A DNA stretch of 64,000 bases from Macrostomum lignano (lineage: Eukaryota). The notes below the pieces were generated by a model. The model was not told the origin of the DNA and made no database searches. It saw only the letters and a list, made by a program, of their open reading frames with translations. Position numbers and translations under genes: made by a program. Location of the stretch: contig NIVC01002889.1 of NCBI GenBank assembly GCA_002269645.1, forward strand, positions 1-64,000. The letters run 5' to 3'. Of the stretch, positions 53,788 through 64,000 are shown in pieces. The stretch's first letter is position 1. The number at the start of each line of letters is the position of its first letter.

Positions 53788-56700
53788 ATGTCATCACCAG
53801 CTGCTGATGAAGCTGCTAAGCGGGAGGCCACCCAGCCAGCCGCCGCTGCCGCCGATACAGTCGGAGCAGCCGCCACACCGAACGGCGGCAACTACAAAGA
53901 CTCTGTCAACGCTCTCAGATCAACTTTCCTAAGCGGCCAGACTCGCCCGCTGTCCTGGCGCCGCAAGCAGCTGGAGGCGCTGTACGCGCTGCTCACCGAC
54001 CAGGAGGACCGCATCGCGGAGGCGCTCTGGCAGGATCTGCGCAAATGCCGGCAGGAGGCGGCCGCCGCCGAGCTGCTCATCCTCAAGGCCGACATTGCCA
54101 AGCTGAACCGCGACCTGCCTCAGCTGACCGACATTCATAAAGTGAAGAAGACCTTCATTAGCATGATGGACAACCTCGGCCTGCAGCAACAGCCATACGG
54201 AGTCGCCCTCATTATCGGCGCCTGGAATTATCCGTTCCAGCTGACTCTGATGCCGCTGGCCGGCGCCATCGCAGCTGGCAACTGCGCTCTGGTCAAGCCG
54301 TCCGAGATTGCCTCGGCCTCCGCCGCCTTGCTGGCCGAACTGGTGCCCAAGTATCTGGACCAATCCTGCATCCGTGTTGTCTGCGGCGGCGCCAAGGAGA
54401 CCCAGGAGCTGCTCGAGCAGCGATTCGATTATATCTTTTATACTGGCAGCTCCCGAGTTGGCCGGCTGGTCATGGCCGCCGCTAGCAAGCACCTGACCCC
54501 GGTGACACTCGAACTGGGCGGCAAGTCCCCCGTCTACGTGTCCGAAGGAGTGGATTTGGGCCAGGTGAGATGGGATCTGGGCTTAGGTGAGAATGGGATA
54601 GAAACTGGTCAGGTGATATGGGATCTAGGCCGGGTGAGATGGGATCTGGGCCAGGTGAGATTGAATCTGGGCCAGGTGAGATCGGATCTGGGCCAGGTGA
54701 GATTGGATCTGGGCTTAGGTGAAAATGAGATAGAAACTGGCCAGGTGATATGGGATCTAGGCTAGGTGAGATGGGATCTGGGTTGAGTGAAGTGGATCTG
54801 GACTAGGTGAGATGGGATCTGGGCTTAGGTGAGAATGAGATAGAAACTGGCCAGGTGATATGGGATCTGGGCCGGGTGAGATGGGATCTGGGCCAGGTGA
54901 GATTGAATCTGGGCCAGGTGAGATCGGATCTGGGCCAGGTGAGATGGGATCTGGGCCAGGTGAGATTGGATCTTGGTCAGGTGAGATCGGATCTGGGCCA
55001 GGTAAGATTGAATCTGGGCCAGGTAAGATTGAATCTGGGCCAGGTAAGATTGAATCTGGGCCAGGTGAGATTAGACCTAGGCCAGGTGAGATCGGATCTG
55101 GGCCAGGTGAGATTGGACTCTATTTCAGGTGAGATACTCTTCTTGTCCCCCCGTAGGTGTCCAAGCGGCTAGTCTGGGGCAAGTTCTTAAACGCAGGCCA
55201 GACGTGCATCGCCCCGGACTATGTGATGTGCCCGCCGGAGCTGGCCCAGCCGCTGGCCGACGCCGTTGCCGCTCAGATTGCGGAGTTCTACGGCCAGGAC
55301 CCGAAGGCCAGTCCAGACTATGGCCGGATCGTGTCCGATAGAATGTTCGACAGGATTGTCGGCCTAATGCAGGCTAGCAAAGCTGATAGGTGGGCCGGTT
55401 TGCCTCGCTCTGTTGGTTGCTAAATAGGACATTCTTCTCTTCTGCTAACAGGGGAATTTTATTCGATGGTAGGGGGATTCTTCTGAGCTGATAAGTGAAT
55501 TTCCAATTTTTTAAGATCCGACTGAATACTTTTAGGCGGGATTTCTGACTCGCTCTGGGCGAGTTTATTGCTTTATTAGTGGGGGAATTTACGGCCCGAT
55601 TAAGAGATAATTATTTTTTTACGAATTTATTGTTGCACTAAAGGAAGATTTTCTAAATCACTTAGGAGATATTTTTTTCTTGTGCTAACAAGAGATTTTG
55701 ATTAGGAGGGAATCTCTTACCAGCTCAGAGAGGGAATCTCTCCGGCTCAGGGAGGGAATCTCTCACTAGCTTTGGGAGGGAATCTCTCACCGGCTCAGGG
55801 AGGGAATCTCTCACTAGCTTTGGGAGGGTATCTCTCACCGGCTCAGGGAGGGAATCTCTCACTAGCTTTGGGAGGGAATCTCTCACCGGCTCAGGGAGGG
55901 AATCTCTCACTAGCTTTGGGAGGGAATCTCTCACCGGCTCAGGGTGGGAATCTCTCACTAGCTTTGGGAGGGAATCTCTCACCGGCTCAGGGAGGGAATC
56001 TCTCACTAGCTTTGGGAGGGAATCTCTCACCAGCTCAAAGAGGGAATCTCTCACCAGCTCAGAGAGGGAATCTCTCACTAGCTTTGGGAGGGAATCTCTC
56101 ACCAGCTGAGAGAGGGAATCTCTCACCAGCTCAGAGAGGGAATCTCTCACTAGCTTTGGGAGGGAATCTCTCACCAGCTCAGAGAGGGAATCTCTCACCG
56201 GCTCAGGGAGGGAATCTCTCACCAGCTCAGAGAGGGAATCTCTCACCGGCTCAGGGAGGGAATCTCTCACTAGCTTTGGGAGGGAATCTCTCACCGGCTC
56301 AGGTAGGAAATCTCTCACTAGCTTTGGGAGGGAATCTCTCACCAGCTGAGAGAGGGAATCTCTCACCGGCTCAGGGAGGTAATCTCTCACTAGCTTTGGG
56401 AGGGAATCTCTCACCAGCTCAGAGAGGGAATCTCTCACCGGCTCAGGGAGGGAATCTCTCACCAGCTCAGAGAGGGAATCTCTCACCGGCTCAGGGAGGG
56501 AATCTCTCACCGGCTCAGGGAGGGAATCTCTCACTAGCTTTGGGAGGGAATCTCTCACTAGCTTTGGGAGGGAATCTCTCACTAGCTTTGGGAGGGAATC
56601 TCTCACTAGCTTTGGGAGGGAATCTCTCACCAGCTCAGAGAGGGAATCTCTCACCGGCTCAGGGAGGGAATCTCTCACTAGCTTTGGGAGGGAATCTCTC

Positions 56701-57776
56701 ACTAGCTTTGGGAGGGAATCTCTCACTAGCTTTGGGAGGGAATCTCTCACCGGCTCAGGGAGGGAATCTCTCACCAGCTTATAGTTGAAATTTCTCTTTC
56801 TTTAATTAGAACATACACTATACACATTAGCTGTAAATCATGGAGTTCTTATTCCCGCCAACGACGGCAGGGCCACTGGAGGTGACACGGACCGCGATGC
56901 CCGCTACATCGCCCCGACTGTGTACACCAACGTGCGCGCCGATGACGCCCTGATGCGCGAGGAGATTTTCGGCCCGCTGATGCCAATTATGCCAGTTAGC
57001 GGAGTCGAAGAGGCTGTGTACTTCATCAACAAATGCGAGAAGCCGCTGGCTATTTATGTTTTTACTCACGACGGCAGCGTGAAACGGCGCTTCGAGGAGC
57101 AGACAAGCTCAGGGGCGTTGGTCTTTAACGACGTGGTCATCCACGCCGGCATGGAGACCCTGTCGTTTGGCGGCGTCGGGCACAGCGGCATGGGCAAGTA
57201 TCACGGAAGGTGAGCCGGTTTTGTGCTTAGCCATACGGTATAGTTGGGTATGTGGTTCACGGATAGGATATCTGATTCACGGGTAAGTTATCTGATTCAC
57301 GGATAGGATATCTGATTCACGGGTAGGTTATCTGGCTTACGGATCAGACAGCTGACTCACAGGTATATGATTCACGAACTGTTTGTATATGATATCACGG
57401 GTTGGGTATATGATTGACGAATTGGGTATATGATTCACTAATTGGGTATATTATGCACGGAGCGGGTATATGATTAACGTGTTGATTACCTGGCTGATAT
57501 ATTACCTTGATTTACTTTAAAATTTCTCCCATAATCTAAGTGCATTAGAGACAGGGTGCTCTCAGTCAGTACTTATAAACCAGTCACGCTTCCCCCAGGT
57601 TCACATTTGACACATTCTCGCACCAGCGGGCCCTGCTGTACAAGAGCTCTTCGGCCACTTCCGAGATGGTCAACAACAAATTTCGCTATCCGCCGTACAA
57701 TGATAGCAAACTGGCCTGGGTGAACTGGGCTCTGAGCAGCTCGGTGAAGAAGGGATCCACCTGTGTGCTCATGTGA
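53788..57776 (+). CDS. aldh3: Class-3 (fatty) aldehyde dehydrogenase, ALDH3B-like, 4 exons, ~508 aa
   Basis: Exons 53788-54564, 55157-55389, 56871-57209 and 57599-57776. Motifs GAWNYP, KPSE, TGSSRVG, LELGGKSP, catalytic NAGQTCIAPDY, EEIFGP, FGGVGHSGMGKYHG and YPPY. C-terminus KKGSTCVLM*. Confidence 0.96.
54552..55135. repeat. 21-bp minisatellite made of the exon1/intron1 junction of ALDH3
   Basis: GGATCTGGGCCAG|GTGAGATG units, ~25 copies. Confidence 0.93.
55705..56782. repeat. 24-bp A/B-variant minisatellite, ALDH3 intron 2
   Basis: GGGAGGGAATCTCTCACCGGCTCA and GGGAGGGAATCTCTCACTAGCTTT, ~45 units. Confidence 0.96.
57245..57480. repeat. Degenerate short tandem repeat, ALDH3 intron 3
   Basis: GGGTATATGATTCAC-like units. 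Confidence 0.7.
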
Positions 57777-58029
57777 GCATGCAAGCTCTGTTTTCAGTTG
57801 GTTTTCGGGCTAACAACTATCTGCCATTATTTTATGTATATCTTTATCCCATCAAGCTTGCTCTGTAAATTCACATTAACCCCTATCTCCTCTTATTTTT
57901 TGAAAGACAGCCGGGTTGTGAGCTTTTTAAACTTTTATTTTTTCAAAAAATCTCGAATTATCCTGCCGCTAATTTAGAGTGCTTTTTATAGTACTATGCT
58001 TAACCAATATTTTGCCTGTAACACAGATA

Positions 58030-58555
58030 TAACACAGATACTAGATGTCACTCGCAATTAAAGTTGTGAAAAGCAAAGCGTCTACTCTTTTTGAGTAATA
58101 TATCTGCGCAATGTCACTTAAATTTAATGTGGCAGCTAAAAATTGTTTTTCTTCCTCGGAGTTTGTTATCTCAGGAGCATATGTGGTTAAGAATCAATAA
58201 GCATTTAATTCGATGTACACAAGTGAACGCAAGACGGACAAAACTTAGCCTAGCCAATCTGGCTCAGCCAATGAGAGAGCAGTAAGGAGAGAGGTCAAAG
58301 TCAGACGAACAAAACTCTAGGGAGCAGGGCCCAATCTGGCTCAGCCAATGAGAGAGCAGTAAGGAGAGAGGTCAAAGTCAGACGGACAAAACTCAGTCTA
58401 GGGAGAGAGCAGTGAGACAAGAGGAAAACCAAACTGTTTATCGGCCTTGCTGGGGGCTGGGACCTCTAAAACGCTAATTTACTACTGAAAAAGAGTAAAT
58501 GAGCGCGTTTTTTGCGAGTGACATCTTGTTATTTTAGTATCTGTTGGTGTATATT
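58030..58555. mobile_element. MITE-like element with an internal 77-bp direct duplication
   Basis: Perfect inverted 15-mer AGATGTCACTCGCAA (58043-57) / TTGCGAGTGACATCT (58512-26); duplicated block starting at 58254 and 58331. Confidence 0.55.
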
Positions 58556-59379
58556 AAAAAATCTTACAATAGTCAATAAATTATTATTATTATACCATTA
58601 TTATTCATTAATTGTTTTCATTAAACTGTTTCGCTTCATTTCAAAGAATTTCGTTACTAAGTAGGAGCTGGGAATTCGGTAGAAATTTAGATTTGTTAGA
58701 CATTTACAGACTACTTTAAGTAGCTTATAGTATTGTCACATGGACGGAAATCCTGTTTAGAAGTTCTATAACAACATTAATCGTGTTTAAGATTTAGGAC
58801 ACTTGCTTTTGCGTTTTTATCTCGCTGTTGTGTCTGATGTAATTATTAATTTTTTTTGTTTTCTTCTGCGCGATATTTTTTACGTAAAATTTGCAGCTTC
58901 CTACCCTTAAATCTACGAGCATATATACTACCCTCATAATATCTGTATATACGAGTAATATTAGTTTTTATTGAAAACTATAAGACTGGCCGCTGTGCCC
59001 TATGGCTATACAATGCTGGTGCCTGCTGATGACGTATTTTTCTATTGGCCAATTTATAATTTTGTTCACTTTTAAAACAATTGAATTTCTTACTATATCT
59101 ACCGTTTTAATATTGCTTTTCTGGCTCCGCAAAATATACTAATTATTATAACTTTACCGCTTTTAAACGCTTTTAAATCCCAATAACTTTTGGTCTTTAA
59201 AAAATTATTTTTCAAAGATTTCAATACTCAGGCTTTAGAAAAAGCCTTCTAAATTAGATATTTTCGCTATAAAATTGTGTAGTGATCATGCGCTAGGCTC
59301 TTCGTAATGATCTCTTATTGTGGTCAAACCTTGGCATCACGATCCCTTAACTTTCACCAGTGACCCAGCGATGATCCCC

Positions 59380-59545
59380 TCTGAGTCTCATGACCGCCAA
59401 ATAATCTCCACTGTGACCTATGACCACCCGATGACCCCCATGACCACCCGATGATTAATTCCACTGTGATCCATGACCACCCGATGATCCCCACTGTGAC
59501 CCATGACCATGTAATGATCCCCACTGTGATCCATGACCACCCGAA
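59380..59545. repeat. Degenerate tandem repeat upstream of AGGF1
   Basis: CCACTGTGATCCATGACCACCCGATGAT-like units. Confidence 0.7.
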
Positions 59546-59649
59546 GCCCATTTCTATCCCCCATTTCAGTCCCAGTCTGTTCGCAGCTCAACCCAATGAA
59601 GCCTTAGCGAGTCGAACAATTTTCCGCCAGAAAACTGGCCTCTGCTGCC

Positions 59650-60319
59650 ATGTCAGGTGATGATGAAGAGGCGGACCAGCCGCCGCAGCAACAGCAGCAG
59701 CAGGCAGCCGTAGGTTTGTCTTCCAACGTGTGCAGCTGCGCCGAGCTGGCAATCAGCAATCGGCAGCTGCGAACTCGCTGCGAGCAACTGGAAGCAGAGG
59801 TCGCCAATCTGCGGGAGCAGCTGGCAGCCGCTTTGGCCGCCACAGGCGTTGCCGCCGAAGACAAGCAGAGGCGGGCCAGTAGCTCAGCGTTCAACCGTCC
59901 GGATGCTGAAGAAGATGGCGAGCTCAGTGTTGAAGACATTCTCCGGTCCACTGCTCAGGAGATGGCCAGGGAGGCCGCCGCCGCCACGGCCGCCGAGCCC
60001 GCCGCCGGGTCGTCCATCGAAGCTGATTTGAAAGCCGCCGCCGAGGAGGCACTCGGCAGTCAGGGCTACGTGTACGATGAGCGGACTGGCCTGTATTATG
60101 ACACGGCTAGCGGATACTACTATGACCCTGTGAGTAGTATAGTGCCTGACTGCTGCCCACTCCTTGCTTTGCTACCATCTGTTAAATACTTTCTGTCTAT
60201 ACCTGCCCGTCTGCCTGTCTGTCTGTCCGTCCGTCTCTGTATGTCTCTGTCTGTCTGTCTGTCTGTCTTAGTGTCTGTCTGTCTGTCTGTCTTAGTGTCT
60301 GTCTGTCTGTCTGTCTTAG

Positions 60320-60364
<45 letters not shown>

Positions 60365-60479
60365 GTCTGTGTGTCTGTGTGTGTGTCTGTCTGTCTGTCT
60401 GTCTTAGTGTCTGTCTGTCTGTCTGTCTGTCTGTCTTAGTGTCTGTCTGTCTGTCTGTCTTAGTGTCTGTCTGTGTGTG

Positions 60480-60566
<87 letters not shown>

Positions 60567-62876
60567 CTGTCTGTGCATCTGTCTGTCTGTCTGTCTGTCC
60601 GTCTGTCTGTCCGTCTGTCTGTCTGTCTGTCTGTCTGTGTCTGTCTATCTTTCGGCCTGCCGTTTACTTTTTTAAATCATTAATGCGCTTTACAAGAGTT
60701 CAAAGGTAAAAGTCAGTTCGACCAAAATGTTTTTAAAACCCTGCAACCTACCGCGCGCGCACCTTCAGACGGAGCAGCTGTTCTACAACAGCAGCACGGG
60801 GGTGTACTACACCTATGACAGCGCCAGTCAGCAGTACGTGTTCCACTCGCGCGTAGCCTTGTCGGAGCTGCGCCAGCGAGCGGAACTGATGGCCGTCATG
60901 AGCGGCCTTCAGCACCGGCCTCCCGAGCCTGCGGGCAAGCGCAGAGCTGCTGCACCGGTGAGCGAGTACCTGTCTGTGTTAGTAATGCTGTCATAGAGCC
61001 CTTCTGTGTCAGTGATGCTGTCATGGAGCCCTTCTATCTCAGTGATGCTGTCATGGAGTCCTTCTGTGTCAGTGATGCTGTCATGGAGCCCTTCTGTGTC
61101 AGTGATGCTGTCATGGAGCCTGTCTGTGTCAGTGATGCTGTCATGGAGCCCTTCTGTGTCAGTGATGCTGTCATGGAGTCCTTCTGTGTCAGTGATGCTG
61201 TCATAGAGCCCTTCTGTGTCAGTGATGTTGTCATAGAGCCTGTCTGTGTTAGTGATGCTGTCATAGAGCCTATCTGTGTCAGTGATGCTGTCATAGAGCC
61301 TGTCTGTGCCATTGATGCTGTCATAGAGCCTGTGTCAGTGATACTGTCATAGAGCCTGTCTGCGTCATTTATACTGTCAGGTAGTCAGTCTGTGTCAGCG
61401 AAGCTGTCATTAGTCAGTCTGTGTCAGCGATGCTGTCAGGTAGTCAGTCTGTCAGCGATGCTGTCAGGTAGTCAGTCTGTCAGCGATGCTGTCAGGTAGT
61501 CAGTCTGTCAGCGATGCTGTCAGGTAGTCAGTCTGTCAGCGATGCTGTCAGGTAGTCAGTCTGTCAGCGATGCTGTCAGGTAGTCTGTCATCCGGTAGCA
61601 ACACCCAAAATTCCAGGCGGAGCAATCCCGAAGTCGCGAGCGGCACCTGGTCTCGGGCAGAAGGCGAAAACGCAAATTGGATTCCCACAGCAAATCGAAA
61701 ACAAAGAGTAAACGGCGAAACACTGACGAAGATGGCGGACAGGAAAACGGCGATGGAGACAACGGGGAGGCTGGAGCCGCTGACTCCTCGGTCGGCTCCG
61801 AGGACCGGCGCTCAGATTCCAGCCGCAAGAAGAAGCCATCTAAGAAAGAGAAAAAAGTCAAAAAGGAGAAGAAAAAGAAGAAGACTTTAAAAAGCAAGCG
61901 ACGGAAGCGACGCGATAGCGAAACTGACGTGGCGGAGGCTGGAGCAGCTGATGAGGCGGGCGACGCTGAGGACCCCTACCCGCCCTGCATTCGCATGCTG
62001 GTGCTGGAGTCGCCCAGCCTGCCAGTCGGCTCGCTGCACATCGTCACCCACGACGGCGCCACTGTTGGCCGCGACCCGGCCGCCCTGCCCACCCTGCTGC
62101 TGGCTGGCGACGCCTCGGTGAGCAAGCTGCACTGCCGGATCGAGTACAGCCGGCCGGACAGGCACTTCCAGGCGGTGGACATGGCCAGCCACACCGGCAC
62201 GCTGATCGGCGGCCGGCCAATCAGCAACCGGCGCGAGATCAGCCGGCCTGCGGCTCTGCTGCACGGCTGCCGGCTGCGGATCGGCGCCACCGAGTTTCTC
62301 TGCCATATTCACCGGTACCCCGGTGAGGCCACCTGTTCCAGGTGCGAGCCCGGTCTTATACAGCGGCCGCAGTCGCCCGTCGCCGATGATTCGCCGAGCA
62401 GCGCCCCGGATCGGCGAGCCCAGCTGCGCCAGTTGAAGGCCAAGCACGGCCTCCTGGCGCCGGCAACTGGCGCGGCCGCCGCGGCGCCTCCGGGCTACGC
62501 GGACCGGGCCGCGGCTCGCAGGCGCGAGTTCGGCCTCGACGACGACTCGAGGCAGCTGGAATCAGGCGGCCGGCCGGTTGAACGTCAACAGGCTGCCGCG
62601 GCCTCCGTCGATGTGGCGCTGCACGAGCGGGAGAAGTCGAACCCGGGAGTCCGCCTGCTGGCCAGGATGGGCTGGCGGCCGGGCGACGGAGTCGGCGTCG
62701 GCGAACGTGCCGAGCGGAGTCTGCGGGAGCCGCTGGGCGCCGCGCCGCGCCTGTCGGAGCGGGCCGGACTCGGCTCCGAGCTCGGCCGGGCAGCGTCGAA
62801 CGTCGACGCCGAGGCTGATCGGCGGCGTGCTCGAGTTGCCATGGTGACGCGTGAGCGATACGATCGGATTGGATAA
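59650..62876 (+). CDS. aggf1: Angiogenic factor with G-patch and FHA domains 1, 3 exons, ~642 aa
   Basis: Exons 59650-60129, 60769-60957 and 61617(or 61599)-62876. Domain order matches AGGF1: coiled coil, OCRE ([19 protein letters not shown]|TEQLFYN..YYTYD), Lys-rich NLS, FHA (TVGRD..SKLH), G-patch ([18 protein letters not shown]). Confidence 0.93.
60200..60650. repeat. (CTGT)n microsatellite with CTTAGTGT interruptions, AGGF1 intron 1
   Basis: Same motif set as 35415-35735. Confidence 0.95.
60975..61590. repeat. Composite array of 30-bp then related 28-bp units, AGGF1 intron 2
   Basis: AGTGATGCTGTCATGGAGCCCTTCTGTGTC followed by CAGCGATGCTGTCAGGTAGTCAGTCTGT. Confidence 0.93.
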
Positions 62877-62972
62877 CTTCGCTGAGTTATTGTAATATAT
62901 TTATGCTCTGCTTCACTGATTTCTGCTAGCTTTTCACCTCGGCTCCGTACAGCAATCCGACCTCTGCTCCGT

Positions 62973-63977
62973 CATCAGTGATCCACTATTCCGACATCAG
63001 TGACCCACTCACTATTCCGACATCAGTGACCCACTATTCCGCCATCAGTGACCCACTATTCCGACATCAGTGACCCACTCACTATTCCGACATCAGTGAC
63101 CCACTCACTATTCCGACATCAGTGACCCACTATTCCGACATCAGTGACCCTCTATTCCGACATCAGTGACTCACTATTCCGACATAAGTGATCCACTATT
63201 CCGACATCAGTGACCCACTATTCCGACATCAGTGACCCTCTATTCCGACATCAGTGACTCACTATTCCGACATAAGTGATCCACTATTCCGACATAAGTG
63301 ATCCACTATTCCGACATAAGTGATCCACTATTCCGACATCAGTGACCCACTATTCCGACATCAGTGACCCTCTATTCCGACATCAGTGACTCACTATTCC
63401 GACATCAGTGACCCTCTATTCCGACATCAGTGACTCACTATTCCGACATAAGTGATCCACTATTCCGACATCAGTGACCCACTATTCCGACATCAGTGAC
63501 CCTCTATTCCGACATCAGTGACTCACTATTCCGACATAAGTGATCCACTATTCCGACATAAGTGATCCACTATTCCGAAATCAGTGACCCTCTATTCCGA
63601 CATCAGTGACTCACTATTCCGACATAAGTGATCCACTATTCCGAAATCAGTGACCCACTATTCCGAAATCAGTGACCCACTATTCCGAAATCAGTGACCC
63701 ACTATTCCGACTTCAGTGACCCTCTATTCCGACATCAGTGACCCTCTATTCCGACATCAGTGACCCTCTATTCCGACTTCAGTGACCCTCTATTCCGACT
63801 TCAGTGACCCTCTATTCCGACTTCAGTGACCCTCTATTCCGACTTCAGTGACCCTCTTTTCCGACTTCAGTGACCCTCTTTTCCGACTTCAGTGACCCTC
63901 TATTCCGACTTCAGTGACCCTCTTTTCCGACTTCAGTGACCCTCTTTTCCGACTTCAGTGGCCCACTATTCCGAAAG
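62973..63977. repeat. 22-bp minisatellite downstream of AGGF1
   Basis: TATTCCGACATCAGTGACCCAC, ~45 copies, with variants changing along the array. Confidence 0.96.
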
Positions 63978-64000
63978 TCTGGTCGGTGCAGTTCGGGCCG

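Overview
Eukaryotic (animal) genomic DNA, not prokaryotic. The GT-AG introns, the NPF-type neuropeptide and the minisatellite-filled introns fit a free-living flatworm such as Macrostomum lignano (inference). Seven spliced protein-coding genes were assembled by hand with consistent intron phases: a front-end fatty-acid desaturase (-), an NPY/NPF precursor (+), an apolipoprotein-L-like gene with a 1-nt frame discontinuity (-), cullin-2 (+), a kinase-less TRPM1/3/6/7-type channel (+), a CaaX-ending ALDH3 (+) and AGGF1 (+). Most long ORFs in the supplied track are tandem-repeat artefacts. Mobile elements include two inverted tRNA-derived CORE-SINEs, several MITEs and a decayed Penelope-like retroelement. 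The strongest unexplained signal is a sharply bounded ~4.7 kb domain (19.9-24.6 kb) almost stripped of CpG. In it, transposon motifs read as if CG had been converted to TA, which suggests a RIP-like or methylation-coupled hypermutation defence. The second theme is that most introns carry their own minisatellite, and these often mimic splice or poly(A) signals; one array is an amplified exon-intron junction. All counts were made by eye and no database searches were run.
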